Assembly (NCBI RefSeq): GCF_006345805.1
Contig: NC_043026.1
Span: forward strand, 14,797,579-14,861,578
Reading direction: 5' to 3'
DNA from: Octopus sinensis
Taxonomy: Eukaryota
DNA: 64,000 nucleotides
In this document: in pieces, positions 24,701-36,000 of the stretch
How positions within the stretch are numbered: the first letter of the stretch is position 1
How the letters are laid out: each line of letters begins with the position of its first letter
Translations under genes and position numbers: made by a program
Notes under the pieces: model-generated
What the model was told of the DNA's origin: nothing
Databases searched by the model: none
Seen by the model: only the letters and a program-made list of their open reading frames with translations

Positions 24701-27427
24701 GCCTCGTCTGGCCTCCGTGCCGGTGGCACGTAAAAAGCACCATGCGATCGTGGCCGTTTGCCAGCCTCGTCTGGCCTCCATGCCGGTGGCACGTAAAAAG
24801 CACCATGCGATCATGGCCGTTTGCCAGCCTCGCCTGGCCTCCATGCCGGTGGCACGTAAAAAGCACCATCCGATCATGGCCGTTTGCCAGCCTCGTCTGG
24901 CCTCCATGCCAGTGGCACGTAAAAAGCACCATCCGATCATGGCCGTTTGCCAGCCTCGTCTGGCCTCCGTGCCGGTGGCACGTAAAAAGCACCATCCGAT
25001 CATGGCCGTTTGCCAGCCTCGCCTGGCCTCCGTGCCGGTGGCACGTAAAAAGCACCATCCGATCATGGCCGTTTGCCAGCCTCGCCTGGCCTCCATGCCG
25101 GTGGCACGTAAAAAGCACCATCCGATCATGGCCGTTTGCCAGCCTCGTCTGGCCTCCGTGCCGGTGGCACGTAAAAAGCACCATCCGATCATGGCCGTTT
25201 GCCAGCCTCGTCTGGCCTCCGTGCCGGTGGCACGTAAAAAGCACCATCCGATCATGGCCGTTTGCCAGCCTCGTCTGGCCTCCGTGCCGGTGGCACGTAA
25301 AAAGCACCATCCGATCGTGGCCGTTGCCAGCCTCGTCTGGCCTCCATGCCGGTGGCACGTAAAAAGCACCATCCGATCATGGCCGTTTGCCAGCCTCGCC
25401 TGGCCTCCATGCCGGTGGCACGTAAAAAGCACCCACTACGCTCACGGAGTGGTTGGCGTTAGGAAGGGCATCCAGCTGTAGAAACTTTGCCAGATCAGAC
25501 TGGGCCTGGTGCAGCCTTCTGGTCTCCCAGACCCCAGTTGAACCGTCCAACCCATGCTGGCATGGAAAGCGGACGTTAAATGATGATGATGATGCTTACA
25601 CTCTGTTGAACATGCACACTGACATTGCACATCCAGCGAAGCATACTGGTTTCATTTCCTTCAAGCCTACGCATGTCCTCAGCTGTCACAGCCCATGTTT
25701 CACTACCATGCAGCATAGCTTTTGACACACAGACATCAAACAATCTGCCAGCAGGGGTAGGAGCTCTTTGAACTTTGCCCAGCCTAATCTTATTCTCACA
25801 GCTACGCTCTTTGAGCATCCACCTCCGCCACTAACTTGGTCACCTAGATAACAGGTGCTATTAACTACCTCTAGCAATTGATAGAGTCTATTTCCTGCCC
25901 ATTTTCAGCATTTATTGTACCTGTGCATCTGCCGCATACAAAAGCTATTTTCTCTGTTAAACTTCCCCTGATATTGCTGCACCCTTTATGTGTCCAAAGC
26001 TTACTCTGGGAGCATCTTCTGGAGTTTTTTTTTTTTTTTACCAACACCTTTTCTTCAGATTGAGCAGGGCCATCAACCTGAAGGGGTTAATGATTTGTCT
26101 GCCTTTCTACTTACTATGACTTTAGTTTTTGCTAGGTTAACTCTAAGGCCTTTTCATTCTAGACCTCGCCTCCATACCTGAAACTTCTCTAGTTCTGGAA
26201 GGGATTCAGATATAACTGTAAGGTCGTCAGCATAGAGGAGCTCCCAGGGGCAGCCTGTCTTGAGTTCCTCTGTTATTGCCTGGAGGATAATGATGAACGG
26301 GAGGGTGCCGTGCACAATCCTTGGTGAACCACAACTTGTACCCTGAATTCTTCGCTGTACTCATTGTCAACCCTCACCTTACGGGTAGCATCCCTGCACA
26401 TAGCTTACTCTTTTACTTGTTTCAGTCATTTGACTGCGGCCATGCTGGAGCACTGCCTTTAGTCGAGCAACTCGACCCCGGGACTTATTCTTTGTAAGCC
26501 CAGTACTTATTCTATCGGTCTCTTTTGCCGAACCGCTAAGTGACGGGGACGTAAACACACCAGCATCGGTTGTCAAGCAATGCTAGGGGGACAAACACAG
26601 ACACACAAACACACACATATATATATATACATATATACGACAGGCTTCTTTCAGTTTCCGTCTACCAAATCCACTCACAAGGCTTTGGTCGGCCCGGGGC
26701 TATAGCAGAAGACAATTGCCCAAGATGCCACGCAGTGGGACTGAACCCGGAACCATGTGGTTGGTTAGCAAGCTACTTACCACACAGCCCATTTTACACC
26801 GCTAGAAAAAAATCCCATTTTCCCTAGCAGTGTCGTATGAAATTGTCACCCATAATTATAACCCTAGTATTGATCTATTGCATTTCAATCTATTTTAGAT
26901 TTAGGGTTAGAGTTAGGGTTAGTTAGTGTTGGTTAGGGTTAGGGGTGGGGAAAGGGTATCATGGTACATCATGGTACTACTTAGGAACAGTGGTCCCGGT
27001 GCGCATACTCGTACATCTGCGCTAGCTAGTCATGACTAGTCGATCCTTTGTGTTTTCATGTGTCATTTACTTTGTTTGTGTGGTAAGTAGCTTGTTTACC
27101 AACCACAGAGTTCCGGGTTCAGTCCCATTGCGTGGCACCTTGGGCAAGTGTCTTCTATTATAGCCACGGGCCAACCAAAGCCTTGTGAGTGGATTTGGTA
27201 GACGGAAACTGAAAGAAGCTTGTTGTATATATGTATATATGAAGACTACCTGCAATTTTTTTTCCTCTGTCCTCCCGTCTCGGGATCTTTCTTTCTCCTA
27301 TGTTTCCGACGAAGAGCTCCGCTCGAAACGTCATACCCTCCTTCTTCCATTTTCCTGAGCGCCTAATAATAATAATACTGTAATTGTTCCACGTGTTGTT
27401 GTTTTTTCTGTTTTCCCGTTTGGATTA

Positions 27428-27474
<47 letters not shown>

Positions 27475-30400
27475 GCGTGTGTGTGTTTGTGTGTCTGTGT
27501 TTGTCCCCCTAGCATTGCTTGACAACCGATACTGGTGTGTTTATGTCCCCGTCACTTAGCGGTTCGGCAAAAGAGACCGATAGAATAAGTACTGGGCTTA
27601 TACAAAGAATAAGTCCTGGGGTCGAGTTGCTCGACTAAAGGCGGTGCTCCAGCATGGCCGCAGTCAAATGACTGAAACAAGTAAAAGAGTAAAAGAGAGA
27701 GAGTCGTTGTAGGATTGACTAGTCACGACTAGCTAGCTAGCGCGGATGCGCGACTACGCACACCGGGACCACTGTTCTCAAGTAGTACCCAGAACGTGAT
27801 AAAGCTGGGCCCCTTTGGATTACACGTGCAAGAATACAACCCGCTGCTCGATATCGAACTCAAGACGTTATGATCGTAAGCCGAATACCACAAGCAGTAA
27901 GTCAGGCACCTTTTCAATACGTATTTCTTTACTACCCACAAGGGGCTAAACATAGAGGGGACAAACGGATTAAGTCGATTACATCGACCCCAGAGCATGA
28001 CTAGTACTTAATTTATCGACCCCATGAGGATGAAAGGCAAAGTCGACCTCGGTGGAATTTGAACTCACAACGTAACTGCAGACGAAATACCACTAAGCAT
28101 TTCGCCCGGCATGCTAACGTTTCTGCCAGCTTGCCGCCTTCAGCACCTTCTCAATATCTATTTCTTTACTACCCACAAGGGGCCAAACAAGGACAGACAA
28201 ACTGATTAAGTCGATTACATCGACCTCAGTGCGTAACTGGTACTTAATTTATCGACCCCGAAAGGATGAAAGGCAAAGTCGACCTCGGTGGAATTTGAAC
28301 CCAGAACACTTAACGGCAGACGAAATACGGCTACGCATTTCGCCCGGCGTGCTAACATTTCTGCCAGTTCGCCGCCTTAATACCTATTTCTTTACTACCC
28401 ACAAGGGGCTAAACACAGAGGGGACAAACAAGGACAGACAAAGGGATTAAGTCGATTGTATCGACCCCAGTGCGTAACTGGTACTTAATTTATCGACCCC
28501 GAAAGGATGAAAGGCAAAGTCGACCTCGGCGGAATTTGAACTCAGAACCTAACGGCAGACGAAATACCTATTTCTTTACTACCCACAAGGGGCTAAACAT
28601 AGAGGGGATAGACAAGGACAGACAAACGGATTAAGTTGATTACATCAACCCCAGTGCGTAACTGGTACTTAATTTATCGATCCCGAAAGGATGAAAGGCA
28701 AAGTCGACCTCGGTGGAATTGGAACTCAGAACGTAGCGGCAGACGAAATACTGCCAAGCATTTCGCCTGGCGTGCTAACGTTCCTGCCAGCTCGCCGCTT
28801 TAATACCATCCTAACAACACTATCTCTCCCACACACTCCACATATATCTACAACAATGACCTTACTGTCAGTACGGACACTAATGCAACAGTCATAACAT
28901 TTGATGACCGAATTCTTCTTTAAACACGGCTTATAAGGAATTTGTATTCCACTCACAGAAATTCCTAAGACGGAGAAAAAGATTGGCGATCTTTCGTCTC
29001 TAGTAGACCTTTCCGTCGATTTCCGTAAAAAATTTTTTTTTTTTTTACATATGGGCTTGCGGGAACTTTTGAAGTAATATACATACATATACACATACAC
29101 CGAGTAAAAAATTTCAGTTATCTCTTTCTTTCACACACACTAACAGAAGCACTTCACTTACACAACATACAGTCTGTCTCCCACACCCCATCAAACACAC
29201 ACACATGTCCATCAATGCTCCCATGCACGGTAACTTCAAAAGAACTTCCCTCGTCATACAATCGCTTAGGTCTACTAGAGACGAAAGATTGCCATACATT
29301 GTTCGCTTTCCAGACATTTGTACATTACTGCATATACTTTATACGCACTTTTGACAAGTTGTGGTGCACCTCAGCACTGTATACAATAATTTCATTATAT
29401 ATTATTTTTAAATAACAAGACAGACAAACAAGCGAGGAGGGTATCAGGTGGTCATGAGATGTGCTAAAAATAACAGCTAAATAACCATTAAATCAGGCAG
29501 CAACCAAAATAGAAAACAAATTTCTATTTTGGTTTTTGCATAATCGTATGAATTCCTATGTGTAGAATACAAATTCGGGCGATCTTTCGTCTCTAGTAGA
29601 CCTTTCCGTCGATTTCTGTAAAAATTTTTTTTTTTTTTACATATGGGCTTGCGGGAACTTTTGAAGTAATGAGAGCGAAAGAGACTAAGAGAAAGCGATT
29701 GTATGACGAGGGAAGTTTTTTGAAGTTACCGTCCAGGGGAAGCATTGATGTACATGTGTGTTGTTGTGTGTGTGTTTGAGGGTGTGGGAGACAGACAGTA
29801 TGTTGTGTAAGTGAAGTGCTTCTGTTAGTGTGTGTGAAGAGACAGAGAGAGTAATGTGTGAAAGAAAGAGATAACTGAAATTTTTTACTCGGTGTATGTG
29901 TATATGTATGTATATTACTTCAAAAGTTCCCGCAAGCCCATATGTAAAAAAAAAAATTTATTTTGCGGAAATCGACGGAAAGGTCTACTAGAGACGAAAG
30001 ATAGCCCAAATTCGCAAATATTCAAAAGTTATGAGGGTTTGTATGAGGTGCTTAAAACAGAATTCCGTTCATTTGGCCATAGGTCAGCTGGATGAGGAAT
30101 GACTTGGGATAAAAGGAGAATAACACCGGTAGGAAAATTGCTAACTCACCTGTGTTTGTGTTTGACGATCTGTTTTTACAAACGTTGCGGTGACCGTATT
30201 GCCAGTCGACCGCCTGGTGCTGTTTGCCACAGTAAGTAACGTTCAGACAACCGCCGCATCTCTTCGGCCCGGCGGCTCCACACACCACGCACACGCTCTG
30301 GTACATGACGGCACACGGCGCCTCGTCGGAGGCGAGGTCGACAGCGATGCTGTCGTCCTCCTCCTCGGCGGCGGCGCCGCCCACGTTTCCATCGGCATCG

Positions 30401-30969
30401 CCTTCGTCTTCGTTGTTCGGAATCGAGATGGTGCTGCAGGTGTTGGCGGACGCGATCGTGTCTTTGAGCTTCACCGTCGACTGTGACGAGGTCGGCCGCG
30501 TGGTGAGAAGCGGCGGGGGTTCGCAGCTGTAGAAGCGGTTCACGCGCGGCAGCTGGGCGCGGAACACGCGAAAGTTTTCGGCCGAGTTGCGCCGATTGCA
30601 CGCTCCGTTTCGACACACGAACAGGAACAGTGTCCGATGGAAAGCCCGGGTAAGCCTGTTGATAGGGGCGTAAGCCTGTAGCAAGAATATACAGGGACCG
30701 GCGCAGAGGCGGCAGCGCAGCTGATCGGGGGTTGGCAGCGGCGAGAGGGACAACCAAGCGGGCCAACCCCCGACTTTGCTCGGAAACATGTGACTCCTCA
30801 GTAAACGAGGGTCCGTCTCTTCTAGGAAACCTAGATTCACGACGTTTTCGTAATCCTCTCCGTCGTCATCGTCCATCTGATTGTCCAGTTCTTGATTCAG
30901 GTCGTTCACCGCGCCTTTCGCTTCCCTTTTATCTTCGATGTCGCACATTTCAGACTCGGCACACGCCAT
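18673..30969 (-). CDS. PDCD2: Programmed cell death protein 2 (Zfrp8/Tsr4 family uS5 chaperone), complete 4-exon gene join(30969-30150, 23148-22853, 20583-20467, 18834-18673), 464 aa
   Basis: Exon lengths 820+296+117+162=1395 nt with GT-AG junctions and matching phases (1,0,0). Contains family motifs LGF...[12 protein letters not shown], CxxC...FLLQAYAP...[15 protein letters not shown] finger, [25 protein letters not shown] and [15 protein letters not shown]...EFLWKQD, recognised from recalled human PDCD2. Confidence 0.95.
19167..19249 (-). ncRNA. Hammerhead ribozyme motif, inverted copy 1 (sense to PDCD2 intron 3)
   Basis: Near-exact reverse complement of 19360-19440 with the core intact. 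Predicted cleavage 19172/19171. Confidence 0.72.
19360..19440 (+). ncRNA. Minimal type I hammerhead ribozyme motif (Penelope/retrozyme-type)
   Basis: Stem I ttttc/gaaaa; core CTGATGA 19365-19371; stem II gaaagcggcata/tatgcagccttc (two mismatches, G-C closing pair); GAAAC 19424-19428; palindromic stem III ACATATGT; GTC cleavage triplet 19433-19435. Confidence 0.75.
19581..19663 (-). ncRNA. Hammerhead ribozyme motif, inverted copy 3 (sense to PDCD2 intron 3)
   Basis: Same family with the core intact. Predicted cleavage 19586/19585. Confidence 0.72.
20467..20583 (-). CDS. PDCD2: PDCD2 exon 3
   Basis: Acceptor ttttgcttgcag|GTT, donor CAG|gtaagt. Encodes [39 protein letters not shown]. Confidence 0.95.
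22853..23148 (-). CDS. PDCD2: PDCD2 exon 2
   Basis: Acceptor ttggttgcag|GT, donor CAG|gtgagt. Encodes [13 protein letters not shown]...[28 protein letters not shown]. Confidence 0.93.
23940..25430 (+). repeat. ~63-bp minisatellite (~24 units) expanded inside a family-B SINE, PDCD2 intron 1
   Basis: Unit cgtgccggtggcacgtaaaaagcaccatccgatcatggccgtttgccagcctcgtctggcctc. The array runs into the SINE tail at ~25430-25535. Confidence 0.92.
25545..26400 (-). mobile_element. Degenerate RTE-clade LINE RT fragment
   Basis: [33 protein letters not shown]; [20 protein letters not shown]. Confidence 0.75.
27900..28800 (-). mobile_element. tRNA-derived SINE family C, tandem cluster (also ~12990-13205, 34560-35150, 35988-36170, 37480-37670, 47620-47860); core resembles Nin/Deu-domain SINEs
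   Basis: Minus-strand head taaggcggcgagctggcagaa...gagttcaaattcc followed by gcctttcatcctttcggggtcgataaattaagtaccag. The domain name is from recall. Confidence 0.7.
29578..30006. mobile_element. MITE with 25-bp GG-starting TIRs and 8-bp TSD (Merlin-like); second copy 28985-29293 in opposite orientation
   Basis: TIR ggcgatctttcgtctctagtagacc / ggtctactagagacgaaagatagcc. CAAATTCG is duplicated at 29570-29577 and 30007-30014. Confidence 0.75.
30150..30969 (-). CDS. PDCD2: PDCD2 exon 1 (N-terminal domain + MYND zinc finger)
   Basis: ATG at 30969. Encodes [42 protein letters not shown]. Donor ACAG|gtgagt, phase 1. Confidence 0.95.
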
Positions 30970-30971
30970 CT

Positions 30972-31015
30972 TACCGGAAGTTGTCTCCCATCATCATTAA
31001 AAACAACTTCCGGTA
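30972..31015. promoter_or_regulatory. Paired ETS/GABP-type CCGGAAGT motifs forming a 13-bp inverted repeat just upstream of the PDCD2 ATG
   Basis: TACCGGAAGTTGT (30972-30984) and ACAACTTCCGGTA (31003-31015) are exact reverse complements. Confidence 0.5.
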
Positions 31016-31264
31016 TGGCTCCGGTTTCACTTTCCATCCGACGTCGCCGAGAGAGGAACTTTCTCGCGAAAAGCACGGAAGAATATTGCCAAACAAATAC
31101 AGGCTATGCCTAAAGCCACACACAAATTCAGTTCACTACGCTCCGGGAATCGTCAAAGACATTCATCAATTTTCCAAAACATGAATAAAATATGTAAAAT
31201 TAACGATGGATACACGCGTATATGTACATGATGGAATAATGATAATAATAATAATAATAATACG

Positions 31265-31610
31265 TGAAGGCGCATGGCTCAGTGGTTAGAGCGTCGAGCT
31301 TACGATCGTGAGGTTGTGAGCTCGAATCCCGGACCGGGCTGCGTGTTGTGTTCTTGAGCAAGACACTTTATTTTCACGTTGCTCCAGTTCACTCAGCTGC
31401 AGAAATGAGTTGCGACGTCACAGGTGCCAAGCTGTATCGAACCCTTTTTTTTCCCTTGGATAACACTGGTGGCGTGGAGAGGGGAGGCTGGTATGCATGG
31501 GCGACTGCTGGTCTTCCATAAACAACCTTGCCCGGACTTGTGTCTAGGAGGGTAACTTTCTAGGTGCAATCCCATGGTCATTCATGATCGAAGGGGGTCT
31601 TTACCCCTTT
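31265..31610 (+). mobile_element. tRNA-derived SINE (fourth family) ~300 bp upstream of PDCD2
   Basis: A box TGGCTCAGTGG and B-box-like GCTCGAATCC, continuing into ttgtgttcttgagcaagacac body. Not a closed tRNA cloverleaf. Confidence 0.7.
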
Positions 31611-32390
31611 AATCCATTCTTCTATAAGTACAGGGCCTGAAATCTTGCGGGAGTGGGGGCTAGTCAATTATACCGATCCAGTATTACACTCTTTTTTTCT
31701 TTCTCTTTTTACTTGTTTCAGTCATTTGACTGCGGCCATGCTGGAGCACCACCTTTAGTCGAGCAAATCGACCCCCGGGACTTATTCTTTGTAAGCCCAG
31801 TACTTATTCTATCGGTCGCTTTTGACGAACCGCTAAGTTACGGAGGCGTAAACACACCAGCATCGGTTGTCAAGCGATGTTGGGGGGACAAACACAGACA
31901 CACAAACATATACACACACACAAACGCATATATATATATACATATATACGACAGGCTTCTTTCAGTTTCCGTCTACCAAATCCACTCACAAGGCATTGGT
32001 CGGCCCGAGGCTATAATAGAAGACAATTGCCCAAGATTTCACGCAGTGGGACTGAACTCGGAACCATGTGGTTGGTAAGCAAGCTACTTACCACACAGCC
32101 ACTCCTGCGCACCCTCCAACACCACACGCTGGTGTTGCCCAATAAATAGATACTTTTCAATGAATTTTTCAACAAAGGCGCAGGAGTGGCTGTGTGGTAA
32201 GTAGCTTGCTTACCAACTACATGGTTCCGGGTTCAACCCCACTGCGTGGCACTTTGGGCAGGGGTCTTCTATAGCCTCAGGCCAACCAAAGCCTTGTGAG
32301 TGGATTTGGTAGTCGGAAACTGAAAGAAGCCTGTCGTATATATATATATGTGTGTGTGCTTGTGTGTCTGTGCTTGTCCCCCCCCCCAGC

Positions 32391-33089
32391 GGATCTTTTC
32401 GGTTTGAACGGCAGTTTTTAACATAATTTCTAGGTAACTAAAAAATTCTAAACCTCATATACTGGTAGAATGTGTTTATAAAACATCTTTTTCTCTTGGC
32501 TTTATTGAGAAAATTCTATAGTTTGTAAGATATGGATCTTTTCGGTTTGAACAGCAGTTTTTAACATAATTTCTAGGTAACTAAAATATTTTAAACTTCG
32601 TATACTGGTAGAATGTGTTTATAAAACATCTTTTTCTCTTGGCTTTATTGAGAAAATTCTATAATTTGTAAGATATGGATCTTTTCGGATTGAACGGCAG
32701 TTTTTAACATAATTTCTAGGTAACTAAAAAATGTTAAACTTCGTATACTGGTAGAATGTGTTTATAAAACATCTTTTTCTTTTGGCTTTATTGAGAAAAT
32801 TCTATAGTTTGTAAGATATTTGTTGTTTTTTTCCTTCAATTTCTGCAATTTCAACCAATCAATGTCGTCTATTGAGGTGAAAACATTCTGTGTCTTATGA
32901 ATATGTCCCTCGTTTAAGAAACAGATTGGGTTTATTTACATTTCTGAAGAAAAAAGATACCCTTCCCCTCACTCCTAACCCTAACCCTAAAACATTGAAA
33001 TGCAATAGATCGATTCTAGGGTCATAATTATGGGTGACAATTTCATATGACACCGCTAGAAAAAACTGCCGTTCAAACAGAAAAGATCC
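32391..33089. mobile_element. TIR MITE carrying short (CCCTAA)n, left end triplicated (143-bp period); relatives 1429-2574, ~13665-13960, ~26790-26960
   Basis: TIR ggatcttttcggtttgaacggcagttttt / aaaaactgccgttcaaacagaaaagatcc; ggatcttttc starts at 32391, 32534 and 32677. Confidence 0.75.
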
Positions 33090-36000
33090 CTGAAAACATG
33101 TGAATCTTAAGAATTTTTTTTTTTAATAACTGGTTTAAAAGTTATAGGGTGGGGCTGGGGTGGGGTGGGGGCAATTCCGAAGAAGTACCCAGTACAGAAC
33201 TGTTTTTACTCTGGGGATTTTCACCAATCGTGGGGTGTTTTGGAACATAACACCCGTGGGAGTCGATGGATTAGTGTAGTTTGGACTGAAAGATTAACAA
33301 GTTCAACCAGGTTGTTGTTTCTCCATCATCCTGGTAATTAAAATAATAATAATAATGAAATTATTGTATACAGTGCTCAGGTGCACCACAACTTGTCAGA
33401 AAGTGTGTATAAAGTGTATGCAGTAATGTACAAATGTCTGGAAAGTGAACAGTGTATGAGTCAGATACATGCTTGTGTGTGTGTGTGGGGGGGAAATCAG
33501 GTGTAGTGTTGGCGAATCTCAGGAAGCATGGAAGTTTTGAAGGAATCAGTGCTCCGACAATTAACAACTGATGCCGACAGTTTGTTCCATGCTTCAGCAA
33601 CTCTCAGCGTGAAAAAATGTTTCCTAAAGTCATGGGAGCTGTGCTGTTTTCTGACTTTGTAAACATGTCCATATATATATATATATATATAATAATAATA
33701 AAATAATAATGAAATTATTGTATACAGTGCTCAGGTGCACCACAACTTGTCAGAAAGTGCGTATAAAGCATATGCAGTAATGTACAAATGTCTGGAAAGC
33801 GAACAATGTATGAGTCAGATACATGCTTGCGTGTGTATGGAGGGGAGAAAATCAGGTGTAGTGTTGGCAAATCTCGGGAAGCATGGAAGTTTTGAAGAAA
33901 TCAGTGCTCCGACAATTAACAACTGATGCCGACAGTTTGTTCCATGCTTCAGCAACTTTTAGCGTGAAAAAGTGTTTCCGAAAGTCATGGGAGCTGTGCT
34001 GTTTTCTGACTTTGTAAATATGTCCACGGGTGTTAGATGGGTGGAGTTTGAAAAGGTGCTCAGAGTTATTGTTTGTAAGATGGTTGATAATTTTATGGGT
34101 GTCTGCCAAGTCAGCTGCCACACGGAGTTTCAGTGTGTCCATGCCCAGGGAAGTAAGGCGTTCAGAATATGGCAAATGCCTGATGGAGGGTATTCTTAAA
34201 TTAGAGCAGGGGTTCTCAACCAGGGTTCATATGGTTTCTAACACTCCATTTAAGATTTCTGGGGGCCCACATAGCTGAATAGTAAATTGGGGATCCATTA
34301 AAGTATTTTAAGGGCCCCTGAAAAGATTTTGCTTTGGATGTATGTATTGCAAGAAACAGCCAGGTTTCTTTCTCCGACATTTTACATAGTTCAGCTTAGA
34401 CAAGTTCATCGTCGTCGTCATGGTGTTGTAGTTCTTGTCATGCATCATCTTCGTTTAACGTCTGCCTTCCCTGCTGGCATGGGTGGAATGGTTTGACAAG
34501 AGCCAGCCAGCAGAAGCTCTGTCTGTTTTGGCAGGATTTTTACAGTTGGATGCCCTTCTTATTTCTTTATTGCTCACAAGGAGCTAAGCATAGAGGGACA
34601 AATAAGGACAGACAAACGGATTAAGTTGATTACATCGACCCCAGTGCGTAACTGGTACTTAATTTATTGACCCCAAAGGATGAAGGGCAAAGTTGACCTC
34701 AGCGGAATTTGAACTCAGAATGTAAAGGCAGACGAAATACCTATTTCTTTACTACCCACAAGAGGCTAAACACAGAGAGGACAAACAAGGACAGACAAAC
34801 GGATTAAGTTGATTACATCGACCCCAGTGCGTAACTGGTACTTTATTTATTGACCCCAAAAGGATGAAGGGCAAAGTTGACCTCAGCGGAATTTGAACTC
34901 AGAATGTAAAGGCAGACGAAATACCTATTTCTTTACTACCCACAAGAGGCTAAACACAGTGAGGACAAACAAGGACAGACAAACGGATTAAGTTGATTAC
35001 ATCGACCCCAGTGCGTAACTGGTACTTAATTTATTGACCCCAAAAGGATGAAAGGCAAAGTCGACCTTGGCAGAATTTGAACTCAGAACGTAACGGCAGA
35101 CGAATTACCGCTAAGCATTTCGCCCGGCGTGCTAACGTTTCTACCAGCTCGCTGCAGTTGGATGCCCTTCCTAACACCAACCACTCAGCAGAATGGACTT
35201 AGCACTTTTTACGTGGCACAATCACCGTTTGTTTTTACTGTTTTGTTCTCACTGTCCTGTTCTTGTTACCGCTTTCACCCTCCGCAAAAAATCCCGAATT
35301 TTATTTACTTTGTTTTGCGGGAAGGACTGTTTAAATGAAGTTGTGTATTGTCCTTGCCTTCAAAACGTGGAGTAGATGAAACAGGAACAACTGATGAAGG
35401 GGAATATTCTTCATGTTGTGTGTCTCGTTTCTCTGTCTGATTTTTTCGTTGCTTGAAAAAAAGTTTGTTTTCTATGTTTTTGTTTCTCATTGTGTTCAAC
35501 GTTTGTTTGATGTCCTGTACCCATATATGCATGTATATATACATATATATGTAGGTATGTACATATATGTATATATGCATATATTTATATATTATTTGTA
35601 TTATTATATGAGCGAACGCTATGCTTCTTTTTCCAAGTAAGTTTTATCTATATATATATATGTGTATGATTACAGATATAGGGTGAAATATAATTAATTT
35701 AATAAAATCAACAAATTTCACCTAGTAGTATTTCGGTATGGAAAAGGACCATATTCGGTAAAAGTTTATATAATTATAATAATAAGGTTTTTTTTGCAAC
35801 AAGTGACGAGATAGTGAAGATGCCGACGACCGCTCAGTTCAAAGTCTCTCTTGACCAGAAATGGCCTGAACTCTTTGCATGAACACTCTCCCTGTACATA
35901 ACTCCATGTCCCCTTACATGGCCTTGCTTTTGCTTTTTGAGCCAAAAAATTAACATAACTTAACTTAAGTTGCTTAAATTGCATACCTATTTCTTTATTA

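Noticed and set aside
23756-25481. 300+ aa repetitive ORFs and a CRISPR-like periodic array
   Set aside because: A 63-bp tandem repeat with no unique spacers and no cas genes, in eukaryotic intronic context and continuous with a SINE tail.
26900-26945. Telomere or chromosome-fusion site
   Set aside because: Only a few degenerate TTAGGG units, embedded in a dispersed MITE family.
31265-31335. Possible tRNA gene (also ~11500-11575 and the SINE heads)
   Set aside because: A and B boxes are present, but acceptor-stem pairing is poor and the sequence continues into repeat bodies, so these are SINE heads.
35385-35420. ctgatgaagggg motifs (also ~36720 and minus ~10755)
   Set aside because: No correctly placed GAAA-stem III-UH; at most decayed remnants.
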